From Fibrobacteria bacterium (lineage in GTDB: Bacteria; Fibrobacterota; Fibrobacteria; UBA11236), in NCBI GenBank assembly GCA_043732185.1, contig JAYTHY010000036.1:1-64000 (forward strand): 64,000 bases of DNA, given 5' to 3'. Of the stretch, positions 7,788-15,865 are shown piece by piece. The notes under the pieces are model-generated. The model worked only from the letters and a program-made list of their open reading frames with translations, ran no database searches and was not told the DNA's origin. Position 1 is the first letter of the stretch. Every line of letters starts with the position of its first letter. Both the position numbers and the translations under genes were made by a program.

Positions 7788-8675
7788 TTAGGTTCCGCCT
7801 AAGTTTTCTTTAATCGGCACCAGTTCAACATGAGTTTGGCCTGGAGCTGCTTCTTCGATGAAGACCTGACCGTTTGCATCAGTCTCTGCCTCTAGAGTCT
7901 TCCCATCAGGCATGGTAATTTTCACCTTGCGGTTGGGAGCCGATTCGCCCCGGGCATCCACTACTTTAAGTGTCAGGCCATCGATAAATTCTGCTTCTGG
8001 ACCGGCCACACTGGCTCCGGCGCTCCAGGCTTCAAAAAAAACTTTTGGGTGGTTGTAAGTTTCGGACGTCTTTTTTTTATCGGCAACTGAGGAGATGGGC
8101 GCAGTATCTTGCGGATATTCGAAACGCCAGGTGAGGGAAATCTTCTTATCCTTAATGGTACAAGGGACCGAAATCATGTCCTTGACCAAAGTGGGCGAAA
8201 CGCGCTCCTTAAAGAACAAGCGAGCTTCCGATCCCTCGGCGATATTTTCCGTTTTCACTTCGATCAGCAGATCCGCACCACGCCTGAGTTTGCTGACGGC
8301 TTTGCCATCTTCCTTCCAGGACGGATCGAATAACCGGATGGCCAGTCCTACCATCAGGCGCGGGCTCGTCATTTTTAAACTGTGCTTGGTCAGTTCGGCT
8401 TCAAAGAACACGCCGCCTGCGGCGTCCTTCCCTAGAACGATTTGCTTCCGAAACAGGTCCGCATACATTACTCCTTGAATCGTTTCCAGGGTTTTGCCCT
8501 CACGATTCTTCACCGTTACTTTTATGGGAGCGCCATGCGCAACATACAGGGTCCTGATTTGAATGCCTACCGTGGTCCCGACGGCGCCCTCCTTGGCTAG
8601 CCAAACGGCTTCCAGGATCAAGGACTTGACCTGGAAGGTCTCCATCTTGTCTGCGCTGCCGCTAAATTCAGGCAT
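7788..8675 (-). CDS. Two Ig-like repeats plus C-terminal transthyretin/carboxypeptidase-regulatory-like domain; putative secretion adaptor
   Basis: Likely ATG at 8675 (GGAAGG RBS). C-terminus LKVVDARGESAPNRKVKITMPDGKTLEAETDANG resembles the TTR-like extensions of PAAR/VgrG-associated proteins. Its stop directly abuts the next ATG. Confidence 0.55.
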   Translation of the reverse strand: MPEFSGSADKMETFQVKSLILEAVWLAKEGAVGTTVGIQIRTLYVAHGAPIKVTVKNREGKTLETIQGVMYADLFRKQIVLGKDAAGGVFFEAELTKHSLKMTSPRLMVGLAIRLFDPSWKEDGKAVSKLRRGADLLIEVKTENIAEGSEARLFFKERVSPTLVKDMISVPCTIKDKKISLTWRFEYPQDTAPISSVADKKKTSETYNHPKVFFEAWSAGASVAGPEAEFIDGLTLKVVDARGESAPNRKVKITMPDGKTLEAETDANGQVFIEEAAPGQTHVELVPIKENLGGT

Positions 8676-8855
8676 GTCGCCAATCCTTCCGTGCGATGTC
8701 AGGAAGCCCACCCACCCAGTGGGATGGAATACTGTCCTGTGAGAGTGAAATATAGTTCAAGCGCTAATCCAATGGGGTGACGGGGGTCACCAGCAAGGCT
8801 CGATTAAGGGTCGGCTGTGCCCATTAATGCTACGGTTCCTCACTTTCACCAATTG

Positions 8856-9268
8856 CTAATAATCGTTCCTTAGCTCCTTTGGCATAAGGCTTTTATCAAG
8901 CAACGCCATCCATTTTTCTTTTTGCCGTTTATTGCCAACGCGGATTCTTCGAATATCTTCCATCGCGATTTTTTCGCTGCCGGTTCGATCAATTCGTCTT
9001 GTTATATAGGCGAGCTCACCGGATTTCAATCGTATCACTGAATGGGGAACGGTTCGTATTCCAGTCGCTTCTGCAAGATGCATTGTGGGTGGTGTTCATT
9101 ATCCCCGTCCCAAATTTCCCAGCAAGATAAAAGCAGCCGCCCTTCCGGTATGAGCCCATCGAAAAAAGGGAAGAGCACTTTTGCGGTATATGGCTCTACT
9201 CGTAAAGGCAAGGTTAAGCTTGCAGGTTCTGGATTGGAAGTTTTTAAATATTCCGGATCATGGTGGAA
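8856..9268 (-). pseudogene. Collapsed hipS/hipT (split HipA-like kinase) remnants
   Basis: Consecutive fragments: HipA N-terminal/HipS-like (DPEYL...SLTLPLRVEPY...LFPFFDGLIPEG), HipT N-terminal-like (CWE...HHPQC), kinase-like (MHLAEATGIRTVPHSVIRLKSGELAYITRRIDR...MED) and C-terminal (KWMALLDKSLMPKELRNDY). Large internal parts are missing and there is a frame change. Confidence 0.8.
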
Positions 9269-9497
9269 GCTTGATCGGCTTGTTATTTTCATCCATGTTG
9301 CGCTTAGGTACTGGGCCCGCCTCCTGACCAAACAAATCCAGGATCTGATTTACTTTATCCATTCTTAGTGTGGTTTTTCCTTGTTCAAGGTCTCCTATAA
9401 ACCTCAATCCAACTCCGGCTTTTAATGCAATTGCCTCTTGAGTCAATTTTGTTTGCTTCCGGCGTTTTTTGATAAATTCGGACAGTTTGTTTTCAAT
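9258..9497 (-). CDS. hipB: HipB-like (y4mF family) HTH antitoxin/regulator, possibly degraded
   Basis: LSEFIKKRRKQTKLTQEAIALKAGVGLRFIGDLEQGKTTLRMDKVNQILDLFG is a Cro/C1 HTH of the y4mF type. The expected start position has ATT rather than ATG, and the 3' end runs into the hipS remnant. Confidence 0.7.
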   Translation of the reverse strand: MENKLSEFIKKRRKQTKLTQEAIALKAGVGLRFIGDLEQGKTTLRMDKVNQILDLFGQEAGPVPKRNMDENNKPIKLPP

Positions 9498-9498
9498 A

Positions 9499-9597
9499 CT
9501 ATGCCCGATCTGATATAAAAAATATACTCTACTATTTTATTAAACCTCTTCAGGTATAAATATCAATAAACCCAAGATTATACCCGTAAAGGTATAA
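9499..9597. promoter_or_regulatory. Three HipB-type operator palindromes, consensus TTATACC-N6-GGTATAA
   Basis: 9578-9597 TTATACCcgtaaaGGTATAA (perfect), 9540-9559 TTAAACCtcttcaGGTATAA and 9499-9518 CTATGCCcgatctGATATAA, in the AT-rich region upstream of hipB. Confidence 0.65.
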
Positions 9598-9708
9598 GTA
9601 ATTTGGTTTTCGAGTTGAAAGCGGGTGGTGCAGTTCCTGGCTCACGGCATCCTCCCAAATTCAATTTTCCATCTCGCCAATATGTCGCCTATATAGTACA
9701 TTGTGAGA

Positions 9709-10047
9709 ATGCTGGAAATTAGGCCTATCTTGATAGTGGAATACCGGATGGAAAATAACCGGATCCCCTTCCGAGCGTGGCTTGATTCCATTAAGGACGC
9801 TAAGACTCGACAGAAGGTAGACGTGCGACTTGCACGGCTTGCCCTGGGGGTGATGGGGGACTGCAAATTCTTCGACAACATTTTAGAACTGAGGATTGAC
9901 TATGGGCCGGGATACAGGATCTATTGTGGGAAAAAAGGTGATGCGTGGATCATCCTCCTTACGGGGGGTTCCAAGCGCTCGCAAGACGCAGACATTACCA
10001 AAGCGAAAAAGTATTGGGCCGACTACGAAAGGCGTGGATCCAGCTAG
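9709..10047 (+). CDS. RelE/ParE-superfamily addiction module killer protein (HI1419-like toxin)
   Basis: PFRAWLDSIKD...RLARLALG.MGDCK...ELRIDYGPGYRIY...LLTGGSKRSQDADI is the HI1419-family signature. Confidence 0.9.
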   Translation: MLEIRPILIVEYRMENNRIPFRAWLDSIKDAKTRQKVDVRLARLALGVMGDCKFFDNILELRIDYGPGYRIYCGKKGDAWIILLTGGSKRSQDADITKAKKYWADYERRGSS

Positions 10048-10321
10048 CGTTCCCTACGAGGAAGGACTTTATAGTCGCCTTCAGGATCGCGATTATGCCC
10101 GCGGCTATCTGGCGGAATGCCTGAAAGACGAACATTCAGGGACCTTCTTTGTTGGACTTCGACACGTTATCCAAGCTCGCCGCGCGATGGCACCTATGGC
10201 CCGACGATTACATTTAAATCGACCTGCACTTTACAAGGCATTGTCGGCAGCAGGGAATCCCAGCCTGAAGACCATTCGGGCAGTTCTTCAGGAGCTTAAT
10301 TTTAAGCTGGACCTAGTCTAA
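10034..10321 (+). CDS. Addiction module antidote protein (HI1420-like HTH antitoxin)
   Basis: In-frame GTG at 10034 overlaps the toxin end; YLAECL...LRHVIQARR...LNRPALYKALSAAGNPSLKTI is the HI1420 signature. Confidence 0.85.
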   Translation: MDPASVPYEEGLYSRLQDRDYARGYLAECLKDEHSGTFFVGLRHVIQARRAMAPMARRLHLNRPALYKALSAAGNPSLKTIRAVLQELNFKLDLV

Positions 10322-10352
10322 TTCGAATGGACCTCGTGTCTATATTTAGGCA

Positions 10353-11804
10353 ATGCCTGATTTCGCGTTAGAGTACGATTCCCTGGAAAACCTTAGGCGC
10401 GTGCATCCTGCCTGGCGTTTGCTGGCAGCGGATCATGCCCCTTTCATCATTGGTTTTTTGCATCGGGCCTTCATCGAACCCAATGTACGAAGCCTTCCGG
10501 AGCAGGAGATTCTGTCGCGCCTGGAAGACCACCTTTATCATTTGCGGGACGGCAAGGGCGAGGATGTCTTCAAAAGATCGGCGAAGGAATACTTGGAAGA
10601 GTGGTCCTCAAGTGGCCGGGCTTGGCTACGGAAGTATTATCCGCCGGAGGGCGACGAGCCGCATTTCGATTTGACTCCCGCTACTGAAAAGGCCATCGAT
10701 TGGGTGAAGAGCCTTAGCCAAAAACAATTCGTGGGAACCGAGTCCCGGCTTATGACCGTTTTTGAATTGCTGCGGCAATTGGCTGAAGGTACGGAAGAGG
10801 ATCCCGTTACCCGTATCGCGGAATTGGAAAAGCGCCGGGACCAGATAGAGGTTGATATTCGAAGCATCCGGGAAGGTCGGATGAGCGTCATGGATCCGAC
10901 TCAGGTGCGGGACCGCTTTCTTCAGATGGCTGCCACTGCCCGCAGCCTGCTCGGGGATTTTCGGGAAGTGGAACAGAATTTCCGTGATTTGGATCGCAGT
11001 GTTCGAGATAGGATTGCCACCTGGGACGGAAGTAAAGGGTCCTTGCTCCAGGATGTGTTTGGCGCGAGCGATGCCATTCGGGATTCGGATCAGGGCCGAA
11101 GTTTCCAGGCTTTCTGGGACTTTCTCATGTCGCCAACTCGGCAGGAGGAATTGACATCCCTACTTGAAACAGTACTGGCGTTGCCACCTGTTGAAGAGCT
11201 TCGACCGGATCGTCGCCTCCTCAAAGTGCATTTCGACTGGCTCCAAGCCGGTGAACAGGCCCAGCGGACGGTAGCCCGGCTCTCCTCGCAACTCCGGCGT
11301 TACCTGGACGATCAAGCCGCTTTGGAGAATCGCAGGATCATGCAGCTTCTGAAAAGTATTGAGCGGCACGCGGTTGCCGTGAGGGAGATGCCTCCTTTGG
11401 GCGATTGGATGGAGATTGATGAACCAGCACCGATGGTAGGCATTGCCATGGACCGCCCGCTGTTTTCGCTTCCTTTGAAGCCAATAATTTTGGATGGAGA
11501 TCTACAATCCGGCGACGGTGCCTTTGCGGCGGATGCCCTATTCGATCGAAAATATGTCGATAAAGAGGCTCTGAAAGCACGAATCCGCAAGCTGTTGCAG
11601 GCGAAAAGCCAAATTAGCTTGGAAGAGTTGGTCGAATCTTTTCCCTTGGAACAGGGGCTTTCGGAAATTATCGCTTACCTCAGCCTGGCTGCCGAAGATG
11701 GCGGAGCCGTCATCGACGACGCTGCCAAGCAGTCCCTGACTTGGACCGATGCCGCGGGCACGACCCGAGAAGCTATTTTACCCTTCGTCACATTTCATAG
11801 GTAA
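10353..11804 (+). CDS. jetA: Wadjet protein JetA (DUF3375)
   Basis: HPAWRLLAADHAP, FVGTESRL and SDQGRSFQAFWDFL motifs; first of four tightly linked genes. Confidence 0.92.
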   Translation: MPDFALEYDSLENLRRVHPAWRLLAADHAPFIIGFLHRAFIEPNVRSLPEQEILSRLEDHLYHLRDGKGEDVFKRSAKEYLEEWSSSGRAWLRKYYPPEGDEPHFDLTPATEKAIDWVKSLSQKQFVGTESRLMTVFELLRQLAEGTEEDPVTRIAELEKRRDQIEVDIRSIREGRMSVMDPTQVRDRFLQMAATARSLLGDFREVEQNFRDLDRSVRDRIATWDGSKGSLLQDVFGASDAIRDSDQGRSFQAFWDFLMSPTRQEELTSLLETVLALPPVEELRPDRRLLKVHFDWLQAGEQAQRTVARLSSQLRRYLDDQAALENRRIMQLLKSIERHAVAVREMPPLGDWMEIDEPAPMVGIAMDRPLFSLPLKPIILDGDLQSGDGAFAADALFDRKYVDKEALKARIRKLLQAKSQISLEELVESFPLEQGLSEIIAYLSLAAEDGGAVIDDAAKQSLTWTDAAGTTREAILPFVTFHR

Positions 11805-11813
11805 ATTCACACT

Positions 11814-12422
11814 ATGCAGACTCTTGATCGCACTCAAAACCTTTCACTGGTTCTCGTCACTTTGATGAAGGGCGTGACCTATATGGAAACGGATCCGCCG
11901 CTCTGGCAGGCGCTTTTGGGGCTTCAAGCCCGGGTTCGGGAACATCTGGCTGTACTCGGGCTGGACCTCATTTTGGACGAGGCTGAAGGGTATGCCTTTC
12001 TTCGTCAGAAGTCGATTCGTGAGGGAGAGCCGGAGCTGCCGAGGCTCGTACACAGGAGGCCACTCAGCTATCCGGTCAGCCTGCTGCTTGCTCTGATTCG
12101 AAAAAAGCTGGCGGAGTCGGATGCGCAAAGCGGCGATATCCGCCTCATCTTGGGACGGGAGGAAATCATCGATTTGGTTCGGACCTTTTTCGCGGATAGC
12201 CCAAACTCAGCGAAACTGTCAGATCGCATCGGCGGGAACATTTCCAAAATAGCGGAAATGGGATTCTTGCGTCGGTTGCGGGGCAGCGAAGATCGGTATG
12301 AAGTAGGGCGGATTCTGACATCCTTCGTGGATGCCCAGTGGCTGCAGGATTTCGAAAGTCGATTGGCTGCATACCTTAGCCATGGCGTGGAAATCGCGAA
12401 TGAAAAGGAAATTACCGGATGA
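11814..12422 (+). CDS. jetB: Wadjet protein JetB (DUF4194)
   Basis: LGLDLILDEAEGYAFLRQ...LPRLVHRRPLSYPVSLLLALIRK; lies between jetA and the SMC gene; ATGA overlap with jetC. Confidence 0.92.
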   Translation: MQTLDRTQNLSLVLVTLMKGVTYMETDPPLWQALLGLQARVREHLAVLGLDLILDEAEGYAFLRQKSIREGEPELPRLVHRRPLSYPVSLLLALIRKKLAESDAQSGDIRLILGREEIIDLVRTFFADSPNSAKLSDRIGGNISKIAEMGFLRRLRGSEDRYEVGRILTSFVDAQWLQDFESRLAAYLSHGVEIANEKEITG

Positions 12423-15400
12423 AGGCGAGCAAACCGGCATTGAAACCTGCACTAAAACCTGCTGCAGGATCTGCATCGGAATCTGCATCCGAACCGAATA
12501 TGGAACTGGTATTGGATTTCGCTCCGGAAAAAGCCAAGGCAGGGTTTCGCTTGCACAGTCTTGAAGTATACAACTGGGGCACCTTCCACAAGCGTATCTG
12601 GTCGTTGGGGCTCGGTGGGGAAAATGCCTTGCTTACTGGCGATATCGGTTCGGGAAAATCGACTTTGGTTGATGCCGTCACCACGCTTTTGGTGCCGTCC
12701 CAGAAAATTGTTTTCAACAAGGCCGCCGGAGCGGAAACGCGCGAGCGAACTTTGCGAACCTATGTGTTGGGATATTATAAAAGCGAACGCGGTGAAGCTG
12801 GACTTTCTGCCAAACCCGTGGCGCTGCGGGATCACAATTCCTATTCGGTCATACTGGGGCAGTTCTTCAATGCGGGCCTCTCGCAATACGTGACCTTGGC
12901 CCAGTTGTTATGGATGAAGGATTCGGACGGGCAACCCGCTCGCCTTTTCGTAGTTGCCGATGGCGCCCTTTCCATTCAGGAGCATTTCTCCGGATTCGGC
13001 AAGGATTTGGGTGAACTGCGGAAGCGCATCCGCCGCACGCCGGGCGTTGAAGTCCATGATTCCTTCTCTGCCTATTCCGCCGCGTTTCGCCGCCGCTTTG
13101 GCATTGAGAACGAACAAGCCTTGGATCTCTTTAACCAGACCGTGTCCATGAAGTCCGTTGGCAACCTTACGGATTTTGTCCGGCACCATATGCTGGAAGC
13201 CTTTCCCGTGGAAACGCGCATTGAATCGCTCATCGTGCATTTCGATGACCTGCACCGCGCGCATGAATCCGTGCTTAAAGCCAAGGCGCAAATCGAAAGA
13301 CTGTCCCCGCTCGTCGAGGACTGTGCGCGACATACCGAGCTGACTACCGGCATTCAGGGGCTGAGAGCCTGTCGCGAATCTTTGCGGCCGTGGATGGCGG
13401 GTATCAAGGGAGAACTCCTATCGCGTCGGCTGGAAATTCTCGATAGCGAGTCAGTCAAACTGGGCCTGCGCGTGGAGGGTTTTACGAACCGCCGCGACGA
13501 GTTGAATCGGGAGCGCGATGGCATCAAACAGTCCATAGCCGAAAATGGAGGCGACCGCCTGGAAAGATTGAAAGCGGAGATTGCCACCCAGCAGGAATTA
13601 AAAGGAGAGCGTCGGAAAAAGTCGGATCGATATGCGGCCTTGGCGGAGGCTGCTTCACTTCCTGCGGCGGGAGATCTGGATGGCTTTCTGGCCAACCGTA
13701 GCGCAGCTGTTACGGAAAGCCGGGCTTGTGAGGCGCGGGAAGCGGAAATCCAAAATGAATCGAAGGAAATCGGATTCGAACTTAAAGGATATCGGGATGA
13801 GCATGCTTCTCTGGGTCAGGAGCTCGTTTCCTTGCGCAGCCGTCGCTCCAACCTGCCCGCTCGCATGTTGGCATTGCGCGGAGATCTTGCACATAGTTTG
13901 GGATGCGAGGATGAAGAGATTCCTTTTATTGGGGAGCTGATCAAAGTGCGGGATGGCGAGGAGGCCTGGGAGGGAGCCATCGAGAGGCTTTTGCACGGGT
14001 TCGGTCAATCCTTGCTGGTTCCAGATTCATTGTATACCGAGGTAAGCCAATGGGTGGAGCGGACCGACCTCAAGAATCGGCTGGTCTATTTCCGGGTGCG
14101 CGGTGTTTCAGCGGTGACACGCCGTTCGCCTGATCCAGGTACCTTAGCGGAGAAGCTGGCCATCAAACCGGACTCGGAGTTTTATGACTGGTTGGATGCA
14201 GAAATCACTCGGCGATACGATCACGCTTGCTGCGAGACATTGGAAGAATTTCGGCGCACACCCAAGGCCATAACCCGGGCGGGTCAGATTAAGGCGATGG
14301 GGGAGCGGCATGAAAAGGACGACCGTTCGGCGCTAGGGGATCGCTCGAAATACGTGCTGGGCTGGACCAACGAAGCGAAAATCGCGACGCTCGAAACCAG
14401 GGTCAGGAATCTGGAAAAATCCATGGGCGGCTTGGCCGATAGGAATTCCGTACTCTACGCCGAACAGAAAACCCTGCGGACCCGACTGGAAAAAATCCAG
14501 CAGTTGATGGTGTTCGAAGAGTTCCGCGATATGGACTGGAAACCCTTGGCCCTAGAAATTGCCCGTCTGGAAGCGGCGAGAAAAGCGTTGGAGGCGGAAT
14601 CCGATACCTTGCGCATTTTGCAAGAACAACTGGCCGCTGTGGACATTCATCTCAACACCATCCAAAAGGATTTGGACAAGGCCAGGGATGGGCTAACCGA
14701 GACCCGTCTCAAGCGGAACCAGGCTGCGGATACGGCACGAGAATGTACCATTGTTCTTAGTTCACTATCGGAAGCGTCCCGGTCCAGGGATTTTCCCATC
14801 CTGAATGCGATGCGCAAAGTGGAATTGGCCGATGCGGTGTTCACGGTGGAGTCCTGTGACAACAAGGAGAAGGAAATCCGGGAATGGTTGCAAGGCCGGA
14901 TTGACGGGGAGGAGAAAAAGATTTCCAGGCTCACGGAGAAGATCGTGGCCGCCATGGAGTCCTACCGTCGGGATTTTCCCTTGGAGACAAAGGAAGTGGA
15001 TGCCCGCGTCGAATCGGCGGGCGAATTTTCCGCCATGCTGCAAGGGTTACAATCCGATGATTTGCCCCGCTTCGAAAGCGAATTCAAAAGGCTCCTGAAT
15101 GAGAATACCATTCGCGAGGTTGCCAACTTCCAATCCCAACTGCACCGGGAACGCCAACTGATCAAGGAGCGGATCGACATCATCAACCGTTCCCTTCGTG
15201 AGATCGACTACAATCCCGGGCGATACATTTTACTCGAAGCCGAACTTACGCCCGATTCAGAAGTGAGGAGTTTCCAACAAGAGCTGCGCGCCTGCACGGA
15301 GGGCACACTTACAGGTTCCGGGGACGAGGCTTATTCCGAGGCCAAGTTTCACCAGGTGCGGCAAATCATCGAGCGATTCCGTGGCCGAGAAGGCACGGCG

Positions 15401-15865
15401 GAACTGGATCAACGCTGGCGGAGTAAGGTTACGGATGTCCGGAATTGGTTCGCCTTTTCTGCCTCCGAAAGGTGGCGCGAGGACGATCGAGAACAGGAAC
15501 ACTATGCCGACTCCGGGGGAAAATCCGGTGGACAAAAGGAGAAACTGGCCTATACCATCTTGGCTGCAAGTCTTGCTTATCAATTCGGCCTCGAGTCCGG
15601 GCAGGCCCGTTCCCGCTCCTTCCGATTCGTGGTCATCGACGAGGCCTTCGGCCGCGGGTCGGATGAATCAGCGCGGTTTGGACTCGACCTTTTCAAAAGC
15701 CTGGGCTTGCAACTCTTGATTGTAACTCCGCTTCAAAAAATCCATATCATAGAACCGTATGTTTCCAGCGTGGGATTTGTCCACAATGAAGAAGGCCGGA
15801 TATCCCTTCTGCGAAACTTGACCATCGAAGAATACCGGACCGAGAAAGCGAATTGGATCCGCTGA
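12419..15865 (+). CDS. jetC: Wadjet SMC-like ATPase JetC
   Basis: YNWGTF, Walker A GDIGSGKST, long coiled coils, signature KSGGQKEKL, Walker B VVIDEAF. Alternative start at ATG 12500. Confidence 0.95.
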   Translation: MKASKPALKPALKPAAGSASESASEPNMELVLDFAPEKAKAGFRLHSLEVYNWGTFHKRIWSLGLGGENALLTGDIGSGKSTLVDAVTTLLVPSQKIVFNKAAGAETRERTLRTYVLGYYKSERGEAGLSAKPVALRDHNSYSVILGQFFNAGLSQYVTLAQLLWMKDSDGQPARLFVVADGALSIQEHFSGFGKDLGELRKRIRRTPGVEVHDSFSAYSAAFRRRFGIENEQALDLFNQTVSMKSVGNLTDFVRHHMLEAFPVETRIESLIVHFDDLHRAHESVLKAKAQIERLSPLVEDCARHTELTTGIQGLRACRESLRPWMAGIKGELLSRRLEILDSESVKLGLRVEGFTNRRDELNRERDGIKQSIAENGGDRLERLKAEIATQQELKGERRKKSDRYAALAEAASLPAAGDLDGFLANRSAAVTESRACEAREAEIQNESKEIGFELKGYRDEHASLGQELVSLRSRRSNLPARMLALRGDLAHSLGCEDEEIPFIGELIKVRDGEEAWEGAIERLLHGFGQSLLVPDSLYTEVSQWVERTDLKNRLVYFRVRGVSAVTRRSPDPGTLAEKLAIKPDSEFYDWLDAEITRRYDHACCETLEEFRRTPKAITRAGQIKAMGERHEKDDRSALGDRSKYVLGWTNEAKIATLETRVRNLEKSMGGLADRNSVLYAEQKTLRTRLEKIQQLMVFEEFRDMDWKPLALEIARLEAARKALEAESDTLRILQEQLAAVDIHLNTIQKDLDKARDGLTETRLKRNQAADTARECTIVLSSLSEASRSRDFPILNAMRKVELADAVFTVESCDNKEKEIREWLQGRIDGEEKKISRLTEKIVAAMESYRRDFPLETKEVDARVESAGEFSAMLQGLQSDDLPRFESEFKRLLNENTIREVANFQSQLHRERQLIKERIDIINRSLREIDYNPGRYILLEAELTPDSEVRSFQQELRACTEGTLTGSGDEAYSEAKFHQVRQIIERFRGREGTAELDQRWRSKVTDVRNWFAFSASERWREDDREQEHYADSGGKSGGQKEKLAYTILAASLAYQFGLESGQARSRSFRFVVIDEAFGRGSDESARFGLDLFKSLGLQLLIVTPLQKIHIIEPYVSSVGFVHNEEGRISLLRNLTIEEYRTEKANWIR

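Noticed and set aside
9499..9597. Regularly spaced palindromes considered as a mini-CRISPR array
   Set aside because: Units are 20 bp and degenerate, spacers are only about 18-21 bp, no cas genes are present, and an operator array fits better.
9896..10033. N-terminal extension of the antitoxin ORF
   Set aside because: Overlaps the toxin in another frame; family similarity begins near GTG 10034.
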